Shown: piece after piece, positions 12,091 through 24,274 of the stretch
Position numbering within the stretch: the first letter of the stretch is position 1
Layout of the letters: every line of letters starts with the position of its first letter
Source: Octopus sinensis
Taxonomy: Eukaryota
DNA: 45,791 nt
Direction of reading: 5' to 3'
Assembly: GCF_006345805.1 (NCBI RefSeq)
Contig: NW_021834985.1
Coordinates: 1 to 45,791, forward strand
Program-made: the position numbers and the translations under genes
The notes under the pieces: generated by a model
Database searches by the model: none
Told to the model about the DNA's origin: nothing
The model's input: only the letters and a program-made list of their open reading frames with translations

Positions 12091-12477
12091 TACCACTGAA
12101 GACAGGCAAATACCTAGAAACTGCAGTCCGTGCGTATCACTTAGGTTGACGAGGGAGGGATGACCTCCCTTTGCAAATACCATAAGGGCACAGAAAGTGT
12201 GCCTAAAGCCAGCTGGAGACGATGTTCTCCTGGGGGGTACGAGCTACAGTAACACCCACCCTTAGTGGTTAGCCATATTGAGATGGCTAGTATACCTTAC
12301 ATTGTCGTGCAGTTACTGTTTAGATCTCGTTTAGAGATTTATTACTGTTATTTCTTTATTTTCTGAAAACAAAATGCACGAAAAAGCTACACGTTTGAAT
12401 TATGTTTTATACACAATAATAATAAATTACGTTACCGTATACATTTTTACAAACCAAGGACGTTATATAGACTTCCC

Positions 12478-13822
12478 TGACTCAAATTAGAGAAGGGGTA
12501 CGTATTATACACAAGGTTTAGGTTTTTCAGAGGTACAGCCCCCTAAAAATCCCCCTGCGTATTATACTCAGGGGCGGACTATACTCGAGGATTTACGGTA
12601 TACCGGTTTTTCTTCATACAGAGTTGACTCAAGTTAGAGAAGGGGTACGTATTATACACAAGGTTTAGGTTTTTCAGAGGTACAGCCCCCTAAAAATCCC
12701 CCTGCGTATTATATATACTCAAGGGCGGACTATACTCGAGGATTTACGGTATACCGGTTTTTCTTCATACAGAGTTGACTCAAGTTAGAGAAGGGGTACG
12801 TATTATACACAAGGTTTAGGTTTTTCAGAGGTACAGCCCCCTAAAAATCCCCCCCGTATATATATACTCAAGGCGGACTATACTCGAGGATTTACGGTAT
12901 ACCGGTTTTTCTTCATACAGAGTTGACTCAAGTTAGAGAAGGGGTACGTATTATACACAAGGTTTAGGTTTTTCAGAGGTACAGCCCCCTAAAAATCCCC
13001 CTGCGTATTATACTCAGGGGCGGACTATACTCGAGGATTTACGGTATACCGGTTTTTCTTCATACAGAGTTGACTCAAGTTAGAGAAGGGGTACGTATTA
13101 TACACAAGGTTTAGGTTTTTCAGAGGTACAGCCCCCTAAAAATCCCCTGCGTGTTATATATACTCAGGGGCGGACTATACTCGAGGATTTACGGTATACC
13201 GGTTTTTCTTCATACAGAGTTGACTCAAGTTAGAGAAGGGGTACGTATTATACACAAGGTTTAGGTTTTTCAGAGGTACAGCCCCCTAAAAATCCCCTGC
13301 GTGTTATATATACTCAAGGGCGGACTATACTCGAGGATTTACGATATACCGGTTTTTCTTCATACAGAGTTGACTCAAGTTAGAGAAGGGTTACGTATTA
13401 TACACAAGGTTTAGGTTTTTCAGAGGTACAGCCCCCTAAAAATCCCCCTGCGTATTATATATACTCAAGGGCGGACTATACTCGAGGATTTACGATATAC
13501 CGGTTTTTCTTCATACAGAGTTGACTCAAGTTAGAGAAGGGGTACGTATTATACACAAGGTTTAGGTTTTTCAGAGGTACAGCCCCCTAAAAATCCCCTG
13601 CGTGTTATATATACTCAAGGGCGGACTATACTCGAGGATTTACGATATACCGGTTTTTCTTCATACAGAGTTGACTCAAGTTAGAGAAGGGGTACGTATT
13701 ATACACAAGGTTTAGGTTTTTCAGAGGTACAGCCCCCTAAAAATCCCCCTGCGTATTATATATACTCAAGGGCGGACTATACTCGAGGATTTACGGTATA
13801 CCGGGTTTTTCTTCATACAGAG
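12478..13822. repeat. Tandem array, 9 x 147-151 bp, built from an apparent Tc2/pogo-type DNA transposon end plus flank
   Basis: ctcaa(a/g)ttagag at 12481, 12628, 12779, 12927, 13074, 13224, 13374, 13525, 13675; reverse complement of part of each unit reads TA-CCGTAAATCCTCGAGTATAGTCCGC. The array is certain; the TE origin is inference. Confidence 0.85.
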
Positions 13823-14401
13823 CGAGAAAATATTTTTAGCTTTCAATTGCTGCTACGCTCTGAGATGGCGCTGATGCTACACATATTAACATCCTAGACG
13901 TCATCTAAAACAAAGCCATCGAGGTGACCGATAAATGCTTGTTGGCCAACGCACGCCATATTTTGAGTAATAGGCGTGCTGTCTCTTCCCTCTGCTTCAT
14001 CTAACGGAAATTGTTGCGGGTTCTGATCCTTTCAACTGGTGATCTTTCTCGTCGTTCTGACGAATGTGGCGTCAGCAAGACAGTAAAACAGCCGTCACCC
14101 TATGACTGCCATTGTTGCAGGTTCGAAGCTGAAGACTCCCTGTGAAATCTTCTTCCGGTCCCTGGCTTCTCTTTCCCTATTGCCCCCGGAATTATGAAGG
14201 AAGCGTGATGGTGATTATGCTGGTGCATTGCTTTGATAATTAATCTTCACGATGACCATTAATTTAGTGGACATGGTTTGTACAGGGCCAAACCTTAACC
14301 CTAACCCTAACCTACTCTCTCGTCCTTCCAACTCGTATTGGTCTGGAGCAACAAGTGCTACCAGCCCAGCAGTTAGGATGCTGGATATGTATGGAGTTAC
14401 C

Positions 14402-15191
14402 TATTTCTTTACTACCCACAAGGGGCTAAACATAGAGTGGACAAACAAGGACAGACAAACGGATTAAGTCGATTACATCGACCCCAGTGCGTAACTGGTA
14501 CTTAATTTATCGACCCCGAAAGGATGAAAGGCAAAGTCGACCTCGGCGGAATTTGAACTCAGAACGTAGCGGCAGACGAAATACCTATTTCTTTATTACC
14601 CATTAGGGGCTAAACATAAAGTGGACAAACAAGGACAGACAAACGGATTCAGTCGATTACATCGACCCCAGTGCGTAACTGGTACTTAATTTATCGACCC
14701 CGAAAGGATGAAAGGCAAAGTCGACCTCGGCGGAATTTGAACTCAGAACGTAGCGGCAGACGAAATACCTATTTCTTTATTACCCATTAGGGGCTAAACA
14801 TAAAGTGGACAAACAAGGACAGACAAACGGATTCAGTCGATTACATCGACCCCAGTGCGTAACTGGTACTTAATTTATCGACCCCGAAAGGATGAAAGGC
14901 AAAGTCGACCTCGGCGGAATTTGAACTCAGAACGTAGCGGCAGACGAAATACCTATTTCTTTATTACCCATTAGGGGCTAAACATAAAGTGGACAAACAA
15001 GGACAGACAAACGGATTCAGTCGATTACATCGACCCCAGTGTGTAACTGATACTTAATCTATCGACCCCGAAAGGACGAAAGGTACAGTCGACCTCGGCG
15101 GAATTTGAACTCAGAAGGTAACGGCAGATGAAATACGGCTACGCATTTCGCCCGGCGTGCTAACGTTTCTGCTAGCTCGCCGCCTTATATT
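14402..15191 (-). mobile_element. SINE-A2, head plus 4 tandem 184-bp bodies, single 14-bp TSD
   Basis: Junctions at 14401, 14585, 14769, 14953; tgtatggagttacc at 14388-14401 and 15192-15205. Confidence 0.9.
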
Positions 15192-15685
15192 TGTATGGAG
15201 TTACCGTCTCTTAGATGTGCAGCTACAGAGCTAACGGGCTTCATCTGCCGTAAGTTCGTTGAGATGCTTGCAAGCGGCTGTTCTTCCTGGGGCAATTCCG
15301 TGATATGCTAATTAACCCGTAGCTGGGAGCCAAACCAATTCTACTACTTCGAGTTAGAGTAGACCTGGGAACAATAATGGCTAAAACCTGGAACTCCTGA
15401 ACCAGGGCCCCAACTCCAGAACATTTGCCTCACTCTTCCCCTCGTCACTTGTTCTGTGTATCGTCCTCCCTACTCTATTCACCGCACCACCTTTTCCCAG
15501 TTTTTCATTCCCATCCAATTTTTTCCCCATATTGCAGTTAGACAAACGAAATATTAACAGCATCGATTTTATTAAAATTCTCATATCAGTACATTTGCTG
15601 ACAATGTGTGTAACTGAACTGAACTGAAACTGAGAGAATGTGGATAGACTGTAAATAAGTTTATAAGCGCACTTTTAATAAACAT

Positions 15686-15867
15686 AGGCGCAGGAGTGGC
15701 TGTGTGGTAAGTAGCTTGCTAACCAGCCACATGGTTCTGGGTTCAGTCCCACTGCGTGGCATCTTGGGCAAGTGTCTTCTACTATAGCCTCGGGCCGACC
15801 AAAGCCTTATGAGTGGATTTGGTAGATGGAAACTGAAAGAAGCCTGTCGTATATATGTATATATATA

Positions 15868-15913
<46 letters not shown>

Positions 15914-16127
15914 TGTGTCTATGTTTGTCCCCCTAGCATTGCTTGACAACCGATGCTGGTGTGTTTACGTCCCCGTCACTTAGCGGTTCGGCAAGAGAGA
16001 CGGATAGAATAAGTACTGGACTTACAAAGAATAAGTCCCGGGGTCGATTTGCTCGACTAAAGGTGGTGCTCCAGCATGGCCGCAGTCAAAATGACTGAAA
16101 CAAGTAAAAGATAAAAGATAAAAGATA
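15686..16127 (+). mobile_element. SINE-B, full length with internal (TA)/(TG) spacer
   Basis: aggcgcaggagtggctgtgtggtaag (A box), gggttcagtccc (B box), cttgggcaagtgtcttct (CORE-like), tail gaaacaagtaaaagataaaagataaaag. Confidence 0.9.
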
Positions 16128-16559
16128 CATTTACCCTTCGTGAATAAACCATGGATTTTTCTTCACTGATATGCACTGGCATTTGCATATCAAAGCTGCC
16201 AGCGATTTGCAAAGCACGCAACACATGGTGCAAATCCCGAAATGATTACCTCCCTTAACTTTATGCAACTAACGCTTTGCCTTTGTGCGCCATTTGTTCC
16301 TAAACGAAATATTGCCTGATATCTCGTTCGCATACAGCCTGAAAAATGTGGCTGCTATGTCGGTGTTGTTCGATCTACGGTTGAGTAATTGCTAAATTCA
16401 CTAAAATTCAGTATGAAATTATTTGCACTGCATTATCGACAAACATTTTTTAAAAAGGTACGTGTATAGTTAGATACTTTCAAACATGCATACATACATA
16501 CACACGCACACACATGCATACTTATACCACACACACACACACACACATATACATAATAT

Positions 16560-16615
<56 letters not shown>

Positions 16616-17015
16616 CAAAATCAAAATAAGCAACAAAGATATCCAGAGGTAATGCAGTACGATCGTTTCAACCAACTCCATTTCAATGAACAATGCAACC
16701 ATTACATCAATTTAAATGCAGAACAATCCTCAGTTGCATAAAGACACAGAATTTAAATTAAAGCAGATGGACACATTAGTATAATTTTACATAAAATCTC
16801 CAAGAAGGTAAGGAGGCAGACAGAGAACAGTCTTCACTTCAGCTTAGAAGCTACTATGCTATATATATATATATATATATATATAAAGATATTTGCCGCA
16901 TACCTCCACGTCTTTCTTTCTCAAATTTTGACAATCAGAGATATTTGTAAAACTGGTTATCTTCAAAAGTTTTAAAATAAAAATTGTAACGAATCCTAAT
17001 GCATTTTCTATATTT

Positions 17016-17052
<37 letters not shown>

Positions 17053-17053
<1 letters not shown>

Positions 17054-17212
17054 GAGGGGCTTGCTTCCGTCTACCAAATCCACCCACAAGGCTTTGGCCG
17101 GCCTGAGGCTATATTAAAAGACACCTGCCCAAGGCGCCACGCAGTGTGACTGAACCCGGAACCGTGTGGTTGGGAAGCAAGCTTCTTACGATACACCCAC
17201 GCCTGCGCCTAT
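17053..17212 (-). mobile_element. SINE-B 5' half ending in (TA)n
   Basis: cttccgtctaccaaatcc...ctgaacccggaacc...cacgcctgcgcctata. Confidence 0.8.
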
Positions 17213-18089
17213 ATTGTACGTTCCACACTAACGAATCTGCAAAAGAGCCGAGCGACCTATTTTTGCAGAGTATTTATTTGGTTTAATGGCGAATATTTCC
17301 AATTTTATTGGGGTAAATTAAGTCAATGAAATCAACCCCATTTAAAATCACCCCATTTAAATGATAATTTAAAAGTTGATAATGTGTAAAAATAATGAAA
17401 ACTTCTTTGATATTTCTAGCAGGAAGATTGACTATTCAAAGTGTACGTTTCGACTGATATACTCTTCAGCTTTCTTCGGGTGTCCTGGGGGATTTTCGAC
17501 CTACCCTTATTTGCCTATAATCCTCTACCCTTATTTTCCGCCCCCTCAAAATAAGGGTATAGGAACATCGCAAAGCTGTGACACGAGGAGATATTGATAA
17601 ATGCTGTTTTATTCTATCAACAGCTGTAAAAATAAAAGTGAAAATTGACCTCTTCAAGATTCGAACGCAAATCATACTACAAGGCGCTTAATTTTGTTTC
17701 GGTGCTCTTGATTTTCTTTTCTATTTTGGGGGTGTTCCTACCTATCGATTCTGCCACACCGTTTTAAGTGTATGATGTAAAAACAGACAGTCAGGTGGCC
17801 ATTTTTCACAGGGAATTGATTTAACGAAATATATTTGTCGGGCGAGCGTTACTCGCGAGATGAATGAGGTTCTGTTCTCAATTGACACTGAGACGCTTCA
17901 GAAGACAGGCCATGTCAGCTGTAGCAATGCTCTTGTAAAAACTGTGAAGTAAATCAAAGTAAATAAGTCACGTGCCTCCAGCGAACGGCGCACTATCATT
18001 TCACTCCGCCTCCATTTTACCTTTCACTCCCACTCTCTCAATCTCTCTCTTTCTATCTATCTTTATTTCTCTCTCTAGTTCTCCCTTTA

Positions 18090-18129
18090 TATGTATGTAT
18101 ATACATACATACGTATATATATATATATG

Positions 18130-18175
<46 letters not shown>

Positions 18176-18270
18176 TATTTCCTTTCGTGCATTTATATGG
18201 TGTAAGAGGATGTGTCAATGAACGTGTGCATGTGTGCATATATTTATACGTGTATGAATATATGTGTGTG

Positions 18271-18309
<39 letters not shown>

Positions 18310-18576
18310 GGATATAGGCATGTATAGATATACACACGTGTATATAGGCAGATATAAATACATGTACACGCATGCAAATATACACTGAGATATGTATATG
18401 TATTGGGTGTATATGTATATGTAGGTGTGTGCATGAGTTTACATCTGTATATGCATTATGTCTGTATATGCGTGTGTGTATGTGTGTTTGTGTATGTGCG
18501 TGTATAGATAGATGGATAAATACACACATACAAGCATACATACATACATACATACATACATACATACATACATACA

Positions 18577-18610
<34 letters not shown>

Positions 18611-18840
18611 CATACAGATATACATATATACATACAGATATACATATATTTACGCATATCCGCCAATGCAAATATATCTTGGCATTTTGGATAGATGTAT
18701 GGTCACATGTACGCGTGCATTCGATACTTGTGTGAGTAAGTGTATGAATGTGTGTGTGTGAATCTGTGTTTATGCGTGGTGGGGGAGAGAAAATGTGTGT
18801 GTGTGTGTGTGTGTGTTTATATGTGCACGCGAGTATGTGT
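18090..18840. repeat. (TA)/(TG)/(CATA)n microsatellite mosaic
   Basis: Direct reading. Confidence 0.9.
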
Positions 18841-18923
18841 CTATATACATTAATTTCCAAAGGAAGGGCGGCCAAAGTAAATATTCACTACTTGTTAGTC
18901 AGATTCGGAAATAACAAATGATA

Positions 18924-18961
<38 letters not shown>

Positions 18962-18963
18962 TA

Positions 18964-19011
<48 letters not shown>

Positions 19012-19440
19012 TCGAAAAACGACGTATTGAATATAATAATGAAATTCGCAGGAAAAAAAAATGGCATAAATATATAATAACGAAATCGTTAACTCCAACA
19101 TGACACGATAAGATCTTGACGAGTGACAATATATGGCTAAACTGCTAATCCTGCTAAAACAGAGTTATAACAATGTAATATAATAAGTCTTAAGCCAAAA
19201 TCAAAAAAAATCATATCAATCATGCTTGCTTTAAGTGGTTTAAAACCTGATCTTTTCGATGACCCGCTCTTCCACCAGCACCAGTCCCTCTTCCGAGCAG
19301 GAGCTATTAAAAAAAAATGACTGTGCAAACCGAACGTTGGACTTAGTAAGTTATTATATTATTATTGTACCTCGTTCAATAAATGCCAGTTCGGTGATAA
19401 AATTCATTTCTCAAGTTTTTTCATTATTAGCATTATTAAG

Positions 19441-19911
19441 GCAGCGAAAGGCGGTGAGAGGCGGCGAGCTGACAGACTTGTTAGCACGCCAGGCAAAAAA
19501 TGCTTAGCGGCATTTCGTCCGTCATTACATTCTGAGTTCAAATTCCGCCGAAGTCGACTTTGCCTTTCATCCTTTCCGGGTCAATAAAATAGGTACCTAT
19601 TTCTTTATTACCCACAGGGGGCTAAACACAGAGAGGACAAACAAAGGGATTAAGTCGATTATATCGACCCAAGTGCGTAACTGGTCCTTAATTTATCGAC
19701 CCCGAAAGGATGAAAGGCAAAGTCGACCTCGGCGGAATTTGAACTCAGAACGTAACGGCAGGCGAAATACCGCTAAGCATTTCGCCCGACGTGCTAACGA
19801 TTCTGCCAGCTCGCCGCCAATAAAATAAGTACCGGTAGAGTACTGGAGTCGATGCAACCGACTAGCCCCACCGGCCCCAAAATTTCAGGCCTTGTGCCTT
19901 TAGAAGAAAGG

Positions 19912-19912
<1 letters not shown>
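19441..19912 (+). mobile_element. SINE-A copy (tail variant aaatttcaggccttgtgcc...aaagg-(att)n) interrupted by an antisense A2
   Basis: Head near 19455, body to 19597, resumes at 19818; (att)n tail from about 19912. Confidence 0.8.
19598..19817 (-). mobile_element. SINE-A2 monomer with 16-bp TSD
   Basis: caataaaata(g/a)gtacc at 19582-19597 and 19818-19833. Confidence 0.85.
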
Positions 19913-19972
<60 letters not shown>

Positions 19973-19975
19973 TAT

Positions 19976-21340
19976 CATTGTCATTTACTTTTAATCTCCA
20001 TGTTTGATGCAATCACCTGCCGGGCACACCCAGCGCCCTAGGGCAAGTGAAGGTTAAGAGTTGTTGAAATATAGCTGAAAGCTTGGGGAGGGGAAGTAGA
20101 GATATATCTCCATGTAATGCAAACACAGACATTTACATTGATAGGGTTTTTCTAGGAGGATGTGGGCAGTACTTGTTAGCACAATCTTTTGGATTTCCTT
20201 GAGACATGGTTTTCCAGGGATATTGTCTAGGTGTTTCTGACATCCCTTTTTTATCATACCTAGGGCACCTACAATAACAGGAACAGTTTTTGTTTTAAGA
20301 TTCCACATCCTCTGTATTTCGATTTCCAGGTCCTTATATTTACTAAGTTTGTCAAATTCCTTGACAGATACATTTACTTCTATTAGTCTGCAGGTATTTT
20401 CTTCCCTGTCTTTAACAATTATGTCTGGTCGATTAGCCTTGATCGTTCTGTCAGTGTTGACTGGAAAATCCCAGAGGATGGTGACATCTTTACCTTCAAC
20501 AACTGGCTGAGGATGGTGTTCATACCAGTTAGCAGGAGTGTCGGATTTGTAGTGTTTACATATCTTCCAATGTATATACTGTCCTACCCTATCGTGGCGA
20601 TTTTTGTATTCGTTTGGTGTCAGCACAGGACATCCCGAAACGAGATGGTCTATCGTTTCGTCAAATGTGTCGCAGAATCTGCATTTAGGGTCAGTACCGT
20701 TTCGGAGAACGTTAACCTGGTAATTTCTGGTAAACAAGCTTTGATCTTGTGCTGCCATTATGAAACCTTCAGTCTGCTTTCAATCCAGAGCTCTTCAGCC
20801 ACTGATGGGTTGTTGCTTGGTCTACATCAGCATTTTGACTTCGGAGAATATATTGTCCATGCAGGGGCTTCTGGCTCAACGCCTCTCAATTTGATTCTGC
20901 CCGTTCTTTTTTGCAGTCTGCTCGATTCGCTTTGCTTGTTGGTAGCAGTGGTTTCCGGCTCTTCATCTGATTCAAGGTTAATGTCTAGTTCCCTTTCGAA
21001 CTTATAAGCTTCCTTGACAATAGAATGCAGCTTTTGTTGCTTTCGTGTTCGCACACAAGTCGCAGCATCCAGTCCTTTGTACTAGATAGGTACCTGTTCA
21101 TTCCTACAGTAGAGGTCTTATAGCACAGCTCTAATTGCATCATTCCTCTCCCCCCGCTGCTTCTAGGTAGGTACAAGCGGTCTACATCTGCCTAGGTGGT
21201 GCATGCTCTTGGATGTCAGTAACTTCTTGTCTTCCTGTCTAAGCGTTGGAGTTCCGTAAGGTTCCAGTTAATGATATTAAAACTGTACTGAACTACTGGA
21301 AGTGCCAGGGTGTTAATGGCCTCAATGCAATTTTTGGAGT
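19976..21340 (-). mobile_element. 5'-truncated R4/Dong-clade non-LTR retrotransposon (RLE type) within (TAA)n
   Basis: Frameshifted ORF pieces: AINTLALPVVQYSFNIINW..ELQRLDRKTR, YLPRSSGGRG, W..KPLHGQY, GFIMAAQDQSL, zinc knuckle CRFC..ETIDHLVSGC, RHD, NRPDIIVKD..LIEV..K..KY; (att)n on both sides. Confidence 0.9.
20054..20758 (-). pseudogene. Zinc-knuckle plus restriction-like endonuclease C-terminus of the R4/Dong ORF
   Basis: ORF track 234 aa with CCHC and PD-(D/E)xK motifs; frameshifted near the end; apparent short in-frame deletion in IEV..NVSVKE. Confidence 0.85.
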
Positions 21341-21363
21341 TATTATTATTATTATTATTATTA

Positions 21364-21408
<45 letters not shown>

Positions 21409-21609
21409 GGCGGCGATCTGGCAGAATCGTTAGCGCGCCGGACAAAATGCTTAGCGGCTTTCCGTCCTTCGCTACGTTCTGATTTCAAATTCCGCCGGAT
21501 TCCAAATTCCTTTCGGGATCGATAAAATAAGCACCAGTTGAGTACGGGAGTTGATGTACTTGATTTGCCCCCTCCCAAGAACTGCTGGCCTTGTGCCAAA
21601 ATTTGAAAC

Positions 21610-21669
<60 letters not shown>

Positions 21670-22310
21670 CATCATTATTATTAATATTATTACTATTATT
21701 GCAGCGAGTGAGCAGAATTGTTTTAGCGCGCCGAGCAAAATACTTAGCGACATTTCGTCCGTCGCTACGTTCTGAGTTCGAATTCCGCCGAGGTCGACTT
21801 TACTTTTCATCCTTTCGGGGTTGATAAATTAAATACCAGTGAAGAACCAGGGTTGATGTAATGGACTAGTCGCCTTCCGCTAAAAATTTCAGGCCTTGTG
21901 CCTATAGTAACGAGGATTATTATTAAGGCGGCGAAAGGCGGCGGGCTGGTAGATTCGTTGCTGCGCCGAACAAAATGCTTAGCGGCATTTCTTCCAGCTT
22001 TACGCTCTGATTTCAAATTCTGGCGAGGTCTACTTTCATTCTTTGTGGGTCGATAAAATAAATAACCATTGAGCACTGGGGTCGATGTAATCGACTTACG
22101 CATTATCCCGGAATTGCTGGCCTTGTGCCAAAATTTGAAATCATTATTAAGGCGGCGAGATGGCATAGTCGTTACCAAGCCGGATATAATGCTTAGCAGC
22201 ATTTTGTCTGTCTTAATGTTCTGAGTTTAAATTCTGCCGAGATCGATTTTGCCTTTCATCCTTCGCCTTTCATCTGAAATTGATCGCCTTGTGCAAAAAT
22301 TTGAAATCAT
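21409..22310 (+). mobile_element. Four head-to-tail SINE-A copies joined by (ATT)n linkers
   Basis: Heads near 21409, 21700, 21925 and 22148; tails gccttgtgccaaaatttgaaa or gccttgtgcctatag followed by attatt. Confidence 0.8.
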
Positions 22311-22504
22311 TATTATTATTTTATTTGCACAGAATACATACCTAGCAAATTCCTAACATCGGGCTACAACAAGTAACCGTAGATTCCAAGAATCTTCCTA
22401 TGAATCCTAGCTGCCCCTAGTAATGGTGGATTCTTCCTTTTCGCCTTCGGCCCAGTGCATCCATGCTGCCAACAAAGCACGCGGAGTTCTGTTTTTGATT
22501 CGAC

Positions 22505-23440
22505 TTTTCAATTGTGTCGATGAAGATTTTGGAAAAACTTTTCAAAAATTTAGGTGAAAATTTTGTGAAAACTTTTCGAAGATTTTGATGGAGATTTTGG
22601 AAAAACTTTTCAACGATTTTGATGAAAATTTGGAAAAACTTTTCAAAAATTGTGTTGAAAAGTTTGGAAAAACATTTAAAATATTTGGAGGAAAGTTTTG
22701 ACAAACATTTAAAAAATTTTTTGTGACAATTTCGGAAAAACTTTTCGAATATTTTATAGAAAATTTTTTTTAATTTTTAAGATTTTAATGGAAATTTTGA
22801 AAATCTTTTCTAAGATTTTGATGAAAATTTGGAAAATCCTTTCAAAGATTTCGATGAAAATTTTGGAAAAACTTTTCAAAAACTTTGATGGAAATTATGG
22901 AAAAACTTTTCAAAGATTTTAATGAAATTTGGGAAAAACTTTTCAACGATTTTGATGAAAATTTTTTAAAACATTTCAAAGATTTTTATGAAAATTTTTT
23001 GAAATATTTAAGATTTTGATGGAAATTTTGAAAATCCTTTCAAAGATTTTTCTGAAAAGTTTTGGTAAAACATTTCAAGGGTGTCAATGAAAATTTTGGA
23101 AATACTTTTCAAAAGTTTTGTTTAAAATTTTGGAAAACTTTTCAAAAACTTTGATGAAAATTTGGTAAAAATATTTCAACGATTTTCATGAAAATTTAGA
23201 AACGATTTTTATGAAAATTTTGAACAGCATTTCAAAGATTTTGCTGAAAATTTGGGAAAAACTTTACGAAAATTTTTAAGAAAATTTTTTTTTAGATTTT
23301 TAGATTTTGATGAGAATTTTGATAAAACTTTGATCAAAATTTTCAAAAAACTTTCCACAATTTTGATGAAAATTTTCAAAAAAATTTTCAAAAATTTTTC
23401 GGAAAAATCTTTTTTAATTTTGGGGGAAAATTTTCAAAAG
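22505..23440. repeat. Degenerate about 34-bp A/T-tract minisatellite (about 27 units)
   Basis: Approximate consensus aaaattttggaaaaacttttcaaagattttgatg. Confidence 0.85.
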
Positions 23441-23950
23441 TCCCGTGCTCAGCTGGCTCCAGCATACAATACCCGGTATGGGCCCCTATCCAGGGTTACG
23501 GAAGGAGACATCCTTCAAAGAAATCCAGAGTGGAGCCCGTAAGTGCTTAAATGTTCAACTCGACACTCTTTCGGCAGCCCCTGCAACCCAAGCTGGTGCC
23601 AAACGTAATGCACTGCACTCCTTTGGACTATGCCAGCAAGGTCGAGAGAGGAATCCTGAAGATTGGGCTACCCAAGATTTTCTTACATTAGGCCCAAGCC
23701 TGCGCAAAACTGGAGAGGACATCTCAGTTGCGCAACTCCATTGTCTTCCGAGACAAAAGGATACCAACAATATAGCAAAATACCTATTGACTGGGATTAT
23801 AAGTTTCGCGCTGAATAACTGAATAAGCTGTCGGGCGAAACGAAAGTTCCAGTTGATTCGAGTTGTACAATATATTTGACTCAAGACACGGCATCGAATA
23901 CCACCGACAGCAAATATTCCGTTGATAAAATAACTTCAGTTTAACATATC
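23441..23950 (+). mobile_element. Unassigned GC-richer segment, possibly a Penelope-like remnant
   Basis: ctgaataagctgtcgggcgaaacg near 23820 resembles a degenerate PLE hammerhead core; followed by microsatellite and repeat G. Confidence 0.25.
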
Positions 23951-24061
23951 TAAGTATGTGCTAGGTATGTATTTATGTGCGTATGTACACAAACATACAT
24001 ACATATATTTATATAATATATACATGCATACATATACGCACGTGTGTGTGTATGCATATGA

Positions 24062-24137
<76 letters not shown>

Positions 24138-24148
24138 GTGTGGGTATA

Positions 24149-24202
<54 letters not shown>

Positions 24203-24205
<3 letters not shown>

Positions 24206-24274
24206 ATAATAAATATTAGGGAATAAATCCAAATTTACAGGGAAAAATCAGATTAGGATAAATCCAATTTTATA

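Noticed and set aside
12478-13822. CRISPR-like regular array
   Set aside because: Whole units repeat with no unique spacers; eukaryotic context; no cas genes.
14291-14313. Telomere-like (CCCTAA)n
   Set aside because: Only about 3.5 imperfect units; too short to call an interstitial telomere or Helitron end.
20513-21007. 164-aa plus-strand ORF
   Set aside because: Antisense shadow of the R4/Dong coding region.
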